Notes: generated from the letters alone by a model not told the origin. DNA of 64,000 nt from Octopus vulgaris (GCA_951406725.2 OX597834.1:6324001-6388000), one strand, 5' to 3'; shown: positions 24,460 to 37,498, counted from the stretch's first letter. Program-made: numbers and translations.

Positions 24460-24740
24460 AAGTATCTAGGCATTGACGAAAATAAATCATATGGATGTGC
24501 TGGGAATAAATATAGAGTGACCCAAGAATATTACACCAGACTTAGAAAAATATGACAGTTGGAACTCTTCTCTTACGAAATTTGGGATACTTGATTGGTC
24601 TGTGGAGGAAAGTCACTCATCCATAATAAACATTAAAACCTCCAAGATCCTGACATCAACTGAAAACTTTCACATAAACAGGAACATCAAGAGATTAATG
24701 AAGTAAGAGATTTAAGGTCAGTGGAGACAGCCTTTGAATG
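24460..24740 (+). pseudogene. R4/Dong-like RT C-terminal remnant
   Basis: KYLGIDENKSYG..QEYYTRLRKI*QLEL / FGILDWSVEE..IKTSKILTSTENFHIN..LRSVETAFE, with stops and frameshifts. Same family as 1-470. Upstream 23645-24450 may also belong to it. Confidence 0.75.
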
Positions 24741-24989
24741 TCATATAAACTCTGTCATATAATCTCTCTCAGAGTGCACCTTCAGTCATGAATGACCATA
24801 GGATTGCACCTAAACAGTTACCCTCCAAGGCACAAGTCCAAACTCCCCTCTACATGCCCCTGATGTTATGAAATTGCAAAGACAATCTGGAACTCAACTG
24901 AGGAAAGAAAACTCCGAATAACCTGTCCTTGTTTTCTTAGTATCGTCTATCTGGATGTTTTGTGTTCTTATCCCATTTTGTATTTTTAT

Positions 24990-26155
24990 ATTTACACATA
25001 AATATATATAACGGGAAGCTTTATGAAAATAAACAAAAGACGAAGGCAGGTGGAAAACAAACGAACAATTGTATTAGTATGGCGCTCAGGAAATATAAAT
25101 AAAACAAGTCTTTAACGTTTCGAGCCTACGCTCTTCAACAGAAAGATACACGGAGAGAGAAAAACACAGAAAGAAGGAGAGAAAAAAAATGCGTGCAGTA
25201 GCTAACGAATCAACATGGCGATCTGATTTCGGCCAGAGGTCAAAGATCAAACATGAGACGCGAGAGCGAAATAAGGGGAGATAATAGGGTTGATAAATGG
25301 GTTGAGGGACCAGCTAAAAGTGCGTGGGAGGGGTCTGGATGTGTGTATGTATAGGGTTGGTGTATGTATTAGTATGTATAAGGGTGTGTGTGTGTGTGTG
25401 TGTGTGTGTATGAGAGAGTATTAGTGCGTAAGATTGGTCTGGACGTGCGTATGTATGGGGTTGGTGTATGTATTAGTATGTATTAGTACGTATTGGTATG
25501 TATAGGTGTGTGTGTGTGTGTGAGAGAGAGTATAAGTGCGTATGCGGGGTCTGGACGTGTGTATGTATAGGGTTGGTGTAAGTATTAGTATGTACTAGTA
25601 TGTATTAGTACGTATTAGTATGTATTAGTTGGTGTGTGTATTAGTATGGCACATCATATGTGATGTGATGTGATGTGTAAAGTCATGTGGTGTAGTGAGG
25701 AGAAGAGGGGGAGGGGAGAAGAGGGGGAGAGAAGGGGGAGAGGAGAGGATGGGGGAGAAGGAAGGGGATGAGGGGGATGAAGGATGAAAGAGGGGGAGGG
25801 GGAGAGAGAAGGGGAGAGAGGGAGTGAGGGAGCAGAGGGAAGGGGAAGAGGGAGGGAGAAAGAGGGAAGAAGGGAAGGGGAGTAGGGGTGAAAGGATGAA
25901 GGACTGAAGAAGTAGGGGTGAAAGGATGAAGGACTGAAGAAGTAGGGGTCGGGGGGAGAAAGGATAGGTGAGGAGGGGGGAAAGGGGGGTTAGATGTGGA
26001 GGGGGGAGAGTTGAGAGCAAATGGCGTATAAGAGCGAAGAGAGAAGATTAATTCCTATAATGACAAAGGGTAAAATTAATTAATTAAGAAGTAATCAATA
26101 ATTTCACCAACTAGAATTCAGCATGAAAAAGGACCATTTCACGGTAAACTTAAGT
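24990..26155 (-). mobile_element. Penelope-like element 3' end: GIY-YIG C-terminus, low-complexity 3' region and pseudo-LTR
   Basis: 26010-26054 (minus) reads ELIFSLRSYTPFALN, similar to the PLE terminal motif ExxLIFxLxTxxPxGLN. Purine-rich tract at 25695-26010, three repeats of about 110 bp at 25330-25640, and a hammerhead motif at 25109-25146. Confidence 0.6.
25109..25146 (-). ncRNA. Minimal type I hammerhead ribozyme motif
   Basis: tcttt CTGtTGA a GAGC gtag GCTC GAA ACGT t aaaga. Stem I (tcttt/aaaga) and stem II are intact, stem III is the palindrome ACGT, and core A6 reads T. Confidence 0.65.
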
Positions 26156-26159
26156 AATA

Positions 26160-26508
26160 CTTTATAATTAGGGTTCAGCAAAGATTTGCTTTACCACATA
26201 CCAAAGTTTAGAAATAGCAGCCAAAAAACCTTAGCTATTTCTTCTAATTTAAAAAGGGACTCCCAGAAAAACCAAAATACTTGAAAACAATCCACACAGG
26301 CAGAGAGGAAAAATAACGAAAATCAATGGGTGACCAGATATAGATTGATTTTCATTATTTTTCCTCTCTTACCTACGTGGATTGTTTTCAAGTATTTGGT
26401 TTTCTGGGGTCCCTTTTAAAGTAGAAGAAATAGCTAAGGTCTTTTTTGGCTGCTATTTCTAAACTTCGGTATGTGGTAAAGTAAATCTTCTGAACCCTAA
26501 TTATAAAG
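26160..26508. mobile_element. TA-flanked palindromic MITE with arms of about 170 bp and a spacer of about 16 bp
   Basis: ta/ctttataattagggttc ... gaaccctaattataaag/ta, with arms complementary almost to the centre. Confidence 0.9.
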
Positions 26509-26862
26509 TATATATATATATATATATGTCCAACCCATGCTAGCTTGGAGAACAGACGTTAAACGATGATGATGTGTGTGTGTGTAAATATAAAAATACA
26601 AAATGGGACAAGAACACAAAATTATATGTTAATTGTTAAGGCACGGTTACTGATGAGGATTCGCCTAGCAAATTATTTCATTTGCTAAAATAATCTGAAA
26701 CCTAGGTATGACCATAAAAAATAACAAGGTAAAAGTTTTTATTTTTCATTCCCTTCAAAGATTGCTCTTAAAATGTGGTTTTCGTCATTTTGACTGCTTC
26801 TTCTAGCACGTAAAAATTACCTATTAAAGGTAGTTTTCTCTTGTGTTTAAATGTACAATATT

Positions 26863-26897
<35 letters not shown>

Positions 26898-27318
26898 CAA
26901 CTTATAAATAAGGGCTAAAGAAAATTATTTCTAAGCCAATATGCTGATAATAGACTTTTAAATCGTCAATTTCCACATATAATTTACTCGCTACAGAAAA
27001 CACATAGAGCTGAAATCGAGGAAAGCCAGCCAATAGAATTTTTTAAAAAAGTTCGTTATTTCTATTTTGAATCAATTTCGGAATTAATCTCATAATAGAT
27101 ATTTTCCTCTTCAGTAGAAAATACGAAAAGCCATAAATAAAATACTTACATGCACCCATGGAAAAAAGCTGGAGCAAAATCATGAGTACATATAAGTGCC
27201 CCAGATATATCTAAAAATAAAATCCTTTGGTCAGCCTCAACACACGTGTGAACTGTTCTCCACTACATCTTATAGTGGTTACCTGTCCCTATAGCGAGTA
27301 TTAGTAGTAGTATATATA

Positions 27319-27478
27319 TATAAAATAATATGTTACATTACTCGATAGTCAAGATATTTTATCATAGCATTTTCAAATAGCCAGATAACCGAAGAGATGA
27401 CGTAGTGGATTCCCACTTCGACATCTGAAACTCAGAGTTTTATCTTGACTATCGAGTAATGTAACATATTATTTTATA
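27319..27478. mobile_element. 160-bp MITE with perfect 38-bp TIRs
   Basis: tataaaataatatgttacattactcgatagtcaagata (27319-27356) is the exact reverse complement of 27441-27478. Confidence 0.9.
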
Positions 27479-28098
27479 GATAAATTTCCTCTATTTACAT
27501 AATATTGAGGTCTCTTTCTTTCTTTTGTTATCTTACCATGTTTACCAATATATATATATACATACATAAATTAATGCTATAATTACAACATCAAGGTCAA
27601 TGGCTATAATATATTGTTATTTGATTTCAGAAAAGCTACATATTTATAGAAACTCACAAATAAAAAGAAAGTGGCATGTTGATAAATCATCAGAACTGAC
27701 TTTATGCCATTTCAGTACCAAATGTTTATAAAAAATTGTTTACTGTGTCTTCCTAAAAAAAAATGGATGACTGAATGTTTGGGCGAACGCGATTTGAAAA
27801 CTAATGATTAATGAATGTTGATCCCACTTGGTGTTAATAACTCGTGTTTAATATTTGATATCAGTTTGGCAGAAATGACAGAACACTGAATGCAGCCGTC
27901 ATCATCATTGTTATCACCATCATCACCATCCTCCCCATCGCCATCATCATTGTTTTAATAGCAAGTTCATGCATGCAAGGGTCAGATGAGAGTATGTTTG
28001 GGGCTGAGATTCCTGTGACAGGATTCCTTTCCTATTGCTAACCATTGCTTGTTTCCAAGTGAGGGATAATCTACAAGTCTATTAGAAAAATAAACAGT

Positions 28099-28381
28099 CG
28101 CAGGAGTGGCTGTGTGGTAAGTAGCTTGCCTACCAACCACATGGTTCCGGGTTCAGTCCCACTACGTGGCATCTTGGGCAAGTGTCTTCTGCTTGACAAC
28201 CGATGCTGGTGTGTTTATGTCCCCGTTACTGGGCAAGTTTCCGTCTACTAAATCCACTCACAAGGCTTTGGTCGGCCTGAGACTATAGCAGAAGACTCTT
28301 GCCCAAGGTGTCACACAGTGGGACTGAACCCAGAGCCATGTAGTTGATAAGCAAGCTACTTACCACACAGCCACTCCTGCG
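28099..28381. mobile_element. Rearranged SINE A: plus-strand head, internal fragment, then minus-strand 5' half
   Basis: cgcaggagtggctgtgtggtaagtagcttgc appears at the left end and its reverse complement at the right end. Confidence 0.85.
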
Positions 28382-28549
28382 TCCATATATATATATATAT
28401 TTTATACTTGATTGTTTAAGTCTAGTTCCTGTATACATGCAAATGTATTTTGTACATTAAAACCCTGGGTTTTATCTGGTTATTTGAATCATTGTCTCGA
28501 TGTGTATTTTATGTACATTTATATTTACTCATATTGATTATATATATAC

Positions 28550-28552
28550 ACG

Positions 28553-28585
<33 letters not shown>

Positions 28586-28620
28586 TGCACACATATTTTA
28601 TATATGTACATTGTATACGT

Positions 28621-28660
<40 letters not shown>

Positions 28661-28695
28661 TGCACACATATTTTATATATGTACATTGTATACGT

Positions 28696-28731
<36 letters not shown>

Positions 28732-28766
28732 TGCACACATATTTTATATATGTACATTGTATACGT

Positions 28767-28810
<44 letters not shown>

Positions 28811-28842
28811 TGCACACATATTTTATATATGTACATTGTATA

Positions 28843-28887
<45 letters not shown>

Positions 28888-28919
28888 TGCACACATATTT
28901 TATATATGTACATTGTATA

Positions 28920-28964
<45 letters not shown>

Positions 28965-28996
28965 TGCACACATATTTTATATATGTACATTGTATA

Positions 28997-29045
<49 letters not shown>

Positions 29046-29077
29046 TGCACACATATTTTATATATGTACATTGTATA

Positions 29078-29126
<49 letters not shown>

Positions 29127-29161
29127 TGCACACATATTTTATATATGTACATTGTATACGT

Positions 29162-29199
<38 letters not shown>

Positions 29200-29234
29200 T
29201 GCACACATATTTTATATATGTACATTGTATACGT

Positions 29235-29270
<36 letters not shown>

Positions 29271-29305
29271 TGCACACATATTTTATATATGTACATTGTA
29301 TACGT

Positions 29306-29345
<40 letters not shown>

Positions 29346-29377
29346 TGCACACATATTTTATATATGTACATTGTATA

Positions 29378-29424
<47 letters not shown>

Positions 29425-29459
29425 TGCACACATATTTTATATATGTACATTGTATACGT

Positions 29460-29495
<36 letters not shown>

Positions 29496-29530
29496 TGCAC
29501 ACATATTTTATATATGTACATTGTATACGT

Positions 29531-29568
<38 letters not shown>

Positions 29569-29603
29569 TGCACACATATTTTATATATGTACATTGTATA
29601 CGT

Positions 29604-29641
<38 letters not shown>

Positions 29642-29673
29642 TGCACACATATTTTATATATGTACATTGTATA

Positions 29674-29726
<53 letters not shown>

Positions 29727-29825
29727 TGCACACATATTTTATATATGTACATTGTATATGTACACACCCACACACATATATATATATATTGCACACATAT
29801 TTTATATATGTACATTGTATAATAT
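28550..29825. repeat. Compound minisatellite, about 17 units of a 37-bp core plus (CA)n(TA)n
   Basis: The core ttgcacacatattttatatatgtacattgtatacgta is nearly invariant; only the dinucleotide run lengths vary. Confidence 0.95.
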
Positions 29826-30571
29826 ACGCACGCACACACAGACACACACAGACACACACACACACACACACACACATACATCATGAAATAGAAAGAGTGA
29901 GGCATTCATGATGACATGTATTTAAACATGAGTGTTAAATGTAGTGTTTCCTTTTTTCTTTTTCTCCCAATATTGTACATGACTAGAGAAGTAATCACAA
30001 TATGTTCAATATAATTATATTCATTCTTATATTTGCACACTTGCAAACACATACACACACACACATTTACCATCCACACACACTCACACACACACACAAA
30101 CCCCCACACACAAGCACGCTCTTGTATAGTTATAGATAACTTAGCTAATTTGGGAATGACAGGAAACCATTTTTTTACCTTTAACTATTTTTACGTTTTT
30201 TTTTTTTTTTGTTTTTTTTCATGAATTACAACATTGAATTATTTTAGTTTACCTTTTTAAAAAGTGCAAATATATCTAAAAAAAATTATTTAAAAAATTC
30301 AAAATAATAAAAATGTGAAATTTCTTATCAATGTTTTATTGTTACATAGCAATTCCTTTAGTATTAGATTATCATTATTCCTGACAATTGGCTCGCATTC
30401 TTTTAGTTTCCAAAGAAATTTGAGACATTCTTGTGTCATTTTTCATATTTCATAAAACAGGATTTTTTTTCTTGGTTTTAAAAAAATTTTTAGTATGTTT
30501 TATTTAGTTTTTACTTATTTGCTTTTGAAACTTTCCAACCTTTATACATACATACACACAAAAATACATAC

Positions 30572-30607
<36 letters not shown>

Positions 30608-30643
30608 ATATATATATGTGTGTATCTACATACATATACATAC

Positions 30644-30675
<32 letters not shown>

Positions 30676-31617
30676 ATGTTCACACACACATCAGTATAAA
30701 TATATACACATATATGGATATATATCTATCTCTATATACACAAAATATAATATAATATATATGAATATGTATATATGAAAATTTTACATGCACACACAAA
30801 CACACACACACACGCACATATACATATATAAAATATAGTATAATATATAAATGTATATATATATATAAAATATATACATGCGTATATATATGCGTGTGCA
30901 TGTATGTTTTTCTATGTACAGATGTTTTTTTTTTTCCTCTATTTCACAATTATGTAAATGAGTGAGTCAACTACATCATCCATCTTTCAAGAATGATAAA
31001 AAGTAAAGCCAACAAGCCAAACATTACTTACTGAATAGTATAGAACACCCATGTGTGTGTGTGTGTGTGTTAATATATGTTACTGAGAGCGTGATTTCCT
31101 ATTTTTTGTGGAAGATGGATGTGTTTCATAAAATAATGCGATCATTCAAGGAGTTATGGTGGTGTTGGTTTTGATATCCTCTTTCCATAATACTTTGTCT
31201 CCCATTATTCCTCTTTGAAATTCTATATTAATCTTTATAAATGAGACAAATAAGAGATCTTCTTCAGGTCTCGTGGAATCCTTTATGCAACGAAAATTTT
31301 AGGAAAATAAGAAATAAGTGGAAATTTTACCCGTGAGCGTGTTACATTATAAGGCACAAAACAAAAAAAAAAAAAGAAAATGACTCTCCCCAGACACAAC
31401 AGAATCTGTCTTTACGTTCTGAGTTCAAATTTTGTCGAGGTTCACTTTGCCTTTTGATCCTCTCAGGGTCAATAAAATAAGTACCAGTTGAACACTGGGG
31501 TCAATGTAATCGACCTATGCCCCCGCTCCCCAGAAATTGCTGGCCTTGTGCCAAAATTTCAAATCAATATTTTGGAATTGTCTCACTTATCTTGAAATGG
31601 ATCTAACTTATTGTTAG

Positions 31618-31835
31618 CCCTTCTGACACCAACCTGCTTTAGACTGCCCCAAGTTGTGTGATACAAAATCCATTTCTTAAAGTGTTTAAAATCAAAAAAT
31701 TCCACCAAAGTTTCACTTTATGTCTCTAACACGAGCTTAAAAAAAACGACAAAATTATTTTATTAAATTTTTCATTGTTTTAAAAATTGATTGAAATAAA
31801 GATTGAATTTCATAGAAAAAAATAGTATCACAGGG
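31618..31835. mobile_element. piggyBac-like MITE, degenerate
   Basis: ttag/cccttctgacac ... gtatcacaggg/ttaa. Confidence 0.55.
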
Positions 31836-32009
31836 TTAAAAGTCTAATTTTAATCAATTAGAATATGCCAAATTTCTACATCGACTCTAGTTGCCCCCCG
31901 CCCACCTTTAGTACCAAGATCAATATAATTGATTAAAACTCATGAAGATAATTACCCCAGCTCCACCCTCTATATCATATCCATTAAAAAAGCCACTCAT
32001 CTAATTATT

Positions 32010-32458
32010 TCCCTGGGCTTGGATACATTGAAACTCCAACGTCTGGCAGCTGACTTGGCAGACACCCATAAAATTATTAACCATCTTACAAACAATAACT
32101 CTGAGCACCTTTTCAAACTCCACCTGTCTAACACCTGTGGACATGTTTACTAAGTCAGAAAACAGCACAGCTCCCATGACTTTCGGAAACATTTTTTCAC
32201 GCTGAGTTGCTGAAGCATGGAACAAACTGCCGGCATCAGTTGTTAGATGTCGGAGCACTGCATCCTTCAAAACTTCCATGCTTCCTGAGATTCGCCAACA
32301 CTACACCTAATGTTCTCCACTCCATACACACTCAAGCATGTCTCTGACTCATACACTGTTCACTTTCCAGATATTTGTACATTACTGCATATACTTTAAA
32401 CACTTTTCTGACAAGTTGTGGTGCACCTGAGCACTGTATACAATAATTTCATTATTAT
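32010..32458 (+). mobile_element. CR1-like LINE 3' fragment
   Basis: LQRLAADLADTHKII...SNTCGHVY..RKHFFT..AWNKLPASVV matches the CR1-type TRGH..RKxFFxxRVVxxWNxLP motif. It pairs with 61811-62250. Confidence 0.8.
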
Positions 32459-34130
32459 AATATCATTATTACTACACTCATGGAGTGGTTGGCATTAGGA
32501 AAACATCCAGCTGTAGAAACATTGCCAGATCAGACTGGGCCTGGTGCAGCCTTCTGGCTTCCCAGACCCCAGTTGAACCGTCCAACCTATGCTAGCATGG
32601 AAAGCGGACGCTAAACGATGATGATGATGATGATGATGATGATATTAAATCAGTCACAGACATGCTCCATTCTTTGGCCCACACAAGTATTGTTTTCTCT
32701 AGATCCTTCAGCTTCTACATCTATGCTGTTTTATACCTCAGAGATGGATGGCTGCATGCTACATTCACTTAGGAAGTCTTGACTCTCATGTCTCGACTTT
32801 TCTCATTACTAATGTTCTGTTTACCCCTCCAGATCTCCTGCTAACCCTTGAGTCAAGTCCTTCCTCTTCAAAACTTCACCCACTGGAATTCTTTCCAGAT
32901 CTTTCTGCCAGTCACCGTTTTGCAACAGTTTAAGTATTGCTTCTACTAATAGGCACAACACCTGAAAATGTTTCAGAAGAGGGGGGGGCTAGTTGATAAC
33001 ATTCATTGACTCCCCCCCCACCATCCTAGTGTTAAAGGATTAGATAGAAGCCCTAATATCATCTAAAATCCAAAGGGTTAACTTAAAGGAGTTTTATATT
33101 TATTTTTGATGGTATAGTAATAAATTTTAAAGGTGTTGTCATTGGTAGAAGTTAAAATAAATTTGGTGGTAATGGTGATGTTGGAGGTAATCGTGATGGT
33201 GGTGGTGGTAATGGATTTAATACTGGTGTAGGGATAAAGGTGATAGTAGTAGTAATGGTTATAGTGGTGGTGGTGGTAGCATATATATATAGCAGCATCC
33301 TCCTCCCAAATATAGTAGCAGTTTTTTGAGAGTCTCATCTAAACTTAGGGAATTAGAAGGTGGTGATATTGATGGTGTAGTGGAGGTGATGGTAGTGTTG
33401 TATAAATAGTGATTGTTTTGGTAGGGGTGGTGTGGCAGTGGTGGAAGCGACGATAATGTGAAGGCGGTGTAGTGGTAGTTAGAGTTGTGTTGATAAGGCA
33501 GTAAATTATTAAAAATGTTAAAGTTATGCAAGTTAAGTTTGTTTACAATACATAAGATACATTTTTGAGAACCACTGAAATGAGGATCAACTAAAACTAC
33601 CTGCTGGCAATTGAAAGAAAGAAAAAATTAAAAGAACACACAACTGCATCCACATACACACACACGCACAAAGGAAGACAATTAAACTCTTCAGTTCTAT
33701 CTTCGTTAAAAAAAAAATGGTTATTTAAAATTGTAATTCAATAAGGCAGAGTATTGAATGCAGAAGGAAACAAAAACTAAATCATGATCTAAGAATTCCG
33801 AGTTAAGAAAGTAGCAAAGAAAATATTGAAAGGATGAAAATTTGAAGAAATACATGATGACATGAAAAAAAAGTAATGTAATTCACCCATTTTAAAAAGA
33901 AAATGAGGAGTGTAGAAATCTTTCCCATTGTTTTTACAATTTTAATGTTTTGTAATAATTTCTTTGTAAAAAAAAAAAACCCAAAAAAAAGTTCCCTTTT
34001 CTTTATAAATCTGTAAATGAAATTTAAGTCTTTTCTATTCACAATTTCTAGCCATTGTTAATTTACACCTTTTTCTGTTTCTTTTCTATATAACCATGAA
34101 AAAAAAACCCTCTTCCAAATATATACACAC

Positions 34131-34180
<50 letters not shown>

Positions 34181-34183
34181 ATA

Positions 34184-34227
<44 letters not shown>

Positions 34228-34832
34228 AATATATATATATACATATATACATACATATATACACACAGACACATATATAAGTACACATACATATATATAT
34301 ATATATTTATACACACACACACATGTATTATATATACATACATATACATACATACATACATACATATATACATACATATATACACACATACATGCACACA
34401 CATATATATTAAGTAAAATAAAGGAAACAGAAGTGAGAGAAAAAAAATACTTTTAGCTATTTAAACAAAAGATGAGGATTCACATTAAAGACGGAGAAAG
34501 TGCATTCTTTTTTCTTGAATGAAGTTAATTATAAAGAAAGAAATATAAAATAAAAAAGGCAGAAAAAAATAATGCTCGTTGTCTACCTCTTGAAAAAATA
34601 AGTTGTTGTGTAGAAAAAAAAAAGCTGAGTAAAAAAAAAGCAACAAATGTCATACTCGCTCTCGTCAAATGAAATGAAAATTAACTGTTTCTTTAATTAT
34701 TTAATTTCATTTTTATTTTTCAGGTAACAATTCACAACTTATTAAATGTTTCCATGTCATTCTATTTATTCAATTATTATCTTTGCTGTTTTTTTTTTAT
34801 TATTATTATTGCTTTTATTTTTGCTATTATTA

Positions 34833-34866
<34 letters not shown>

Positions 34867-34953
34867 CATTATTAAAAGAAATCATCATCATCATCATCGT
34901 CATTATTAAAAATTCAACTTTAAATAAATATATTTGCAATTATGTATTTGTGC

Positions 34954-34993
<40 letters not shown>

Positions 34994-35050
34994 GTCTGCA
35001 TATATGCATACGTACTTATATATATATATATAAATATATTATATATATAG

Positions 35051-35194
<144 letters not shown>

Positions 35195-35766
35195 ATATAT
35201 TTATATTTTTATATATATATATGTATATTTTATATATATATATGTGTATGTATGTATGTGCACATAAGTATGTACATACATGCCCACACACACACACACA
35301 TACACACAGGATCAGGATTTCAATTATTCTTTGCTGGAATTGACATTTCCTTGCCTGCATGCCTGTGCAAAGTATGTTTATGTGTGGAACTTTATATTCA
35401 TTGAAAATTTTCCGATTGCCGTCTCACTCTTCACATACAAAATTAAATAAAGAAAAGGAAAATGAAAAACTCAGCAATATTCACAAAAATGAAGAATAGC
35501 AAAGCTGATGATACTTTTAAATGCTTTCATTAACAATGTTTTTGTTTTTTTTTATCTTCCTGTTTTTCTTTTTTTTTTTTCTTTTCATATGTTCCTCAGT
35601 ATTTTGTTTAGATATTATTATTATTATTATTAATATTACTAAGTGTAACAATCTCTAAGTTTCTTGTTAAGTCTCAAATAATCTCTTTCTGGCTACACAA
35701 CTTCAGAACTGCATTCACATCATAATACCTTGCCTATTTCCCTTCCACTCCTCTCTCTCTCTCTCT

Positions 35767-35834
<68 letters not shown>

Positions 35835-36148
35835 ATATATTTAGAAGCTATGGGTTTCATATAATAGGAGTGAAGGAGCTGTACTCTGTTGTTCACGGTC
35901 TCTAACCAAAGTTTAGTACAACCACGACCATAGTAGATTCTACCCCTCCAAATCACAGAGAAGACCACCCACTATCACCCCAGCAGAGAAGAAAAGCACT
36001 GCAGAGCGCTGGAGTGGTTGGACCATACCCACTCAAGACTTCAATAACTACAATCAGGTGAAAGGAATGATTGCACATGCAATAGGGGCTAGCATAAGAA
36101 CCACCTTGAAGAACCACCTAGTAAAGTTTAACAGGAAACTATACATGC

Positions 36149-36320
36149 AGGCGTAGGAGTGGCTGTGTGGTAAGTAGCTTGCTTATGAACCACATGGTTC
36201 CAGGTTCAGTTCCACTGTGCGACATTTTCGGCAAGTGTCTTCTGCTATAGCCCCGGGCCGACCAAAGCCTTGTGAGTGGATTTGGTAGACAGAAACTGAA
36301 AGAAGCCCGTTGTATATATG

Positions 36321-36357
<37 letters not shown>

Positions 36358-36576
36358 TTGTGTGTCTGTTTGTCTCTCCCAACATCGCTTGACAACTGAT
36401 GATGGTGTGTTTAGGTCCCCGTAACTTAGCGGTTCAGCAAAAGAGACCGATAGAATAAGTACTAGGCTTACAAAGAATAAATCCTGGGGTCGATTTGCTC
36501 GACTAAAGGCGGTGCTCCAGCATGGCCACAGTCAAATGACTGAAACAAGTAAAAAAGTAAAAGAGTTAAAAGAGTA
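36149..36576 (+). mobile_element. SINE family A
   Basis: Head-to-tail match. Confidence 0.9.
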
Positions 36577-37160
36577 TGCAGGTTCAAGGTTCAGCCATTG
36601 GTGTCAGTGTAGCTGGAGATGTGGGCTGACCTCTTTATGACCTGGTGGGGCAGAAACCTTAGACAATCTTTAGCAGAACAGTCCTCAATTCTTCTACTTT
36701 ACTGTAGGTATGTAGACGACATTAATATTCTAGTTTAGACCAGCAAAAAATGAAGACAGGTGTATGAACAAAAAGCAGGTGTATTAGTTTGACACTTGGG
36801 AAAAATGGAAACGTCTTTAATGTTTTGTGCCTATGCTCTTTGTCAGAAAACGTTGAGAGAGAAAAAACTGGAAAGAGAAAAAAAGTGTGTTGGGATAAAT
36901 GGTTCAACATCTTCCAATTAGTTGTCAGATGGCCATTGATTCCGATGAGTTCATCTGCCCTTTGACAGGTTTTATTTTATGTCCTGCTGGGTGTCCAATG
37001 AAAACTACCCTCTTTACAAAGCAGGCTTGGTAGGGTTGCTAGTTTAGTCCCTAATGGCTTGACCATGCAACAGATTGTACTTGGTTACATGTTACCAGTA
37101 GCGCTCAAGTGTGACCTGAAATATACATATATACATACATGCCAGCTATCTGCCTGACTC

Positions 37161-37193
<33 letters not shown>

Positions 37194-37218
37194 GTATATA
37201 TATATGTGTGTGTATATA

Positions 37219-37252
<34 letters not shown>

Positions 37253-37263
<11 letters not shown>

Positions 37264-37497
37264 GAGGGCATTATTACACATTAATGCCACATGCTAGGAG
37301 GGACCTACAAAGTCAATACAGTATTGACTTTGAAGGTCCCTCCTAGCGTGTGGCATTAATGTGTAATAATGCCCTTTATATAATATAAATAAATATTTTC
37401 AAGTGAAAAAATTTTCAGATTTTTTCTCTTATGAGGTTTTTCACGCTAACTACCTGATAATTTCTTAAGATTTCTTTTCAAGATTTTATCCTTAATT
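37253..37497. repeat. Hairpin-plus-tail element, copy 1
   Basis: 67-bp inverted arms (37253-37319 and 37321-37387, 3 mismatches) followed by a tail of about 110 bp shared with 47950-48050. Confidence 0.9.
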
Positions 37498-37498
37498 G

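Noticed and set aside
26640-26680. CTGATGAGG..CC hammerhead-like start
   Set aside because: No GAAA follows stem II and there is no stem I or III pairing.
28550-29825. CRISPR-like pattern of constant repeat plus variable spacer
   Set aside because: The spacers are only (CA)n(TA)n length variants, the DNA is eukaryotic, and there are no cas genes.
28450-29911. Long ORFs of 275-478 aa rich in H/T/Y/I or C/V
   Set aside because: They are translations of the compound minisatellite; several frames stay open because the repeat lacks stops.
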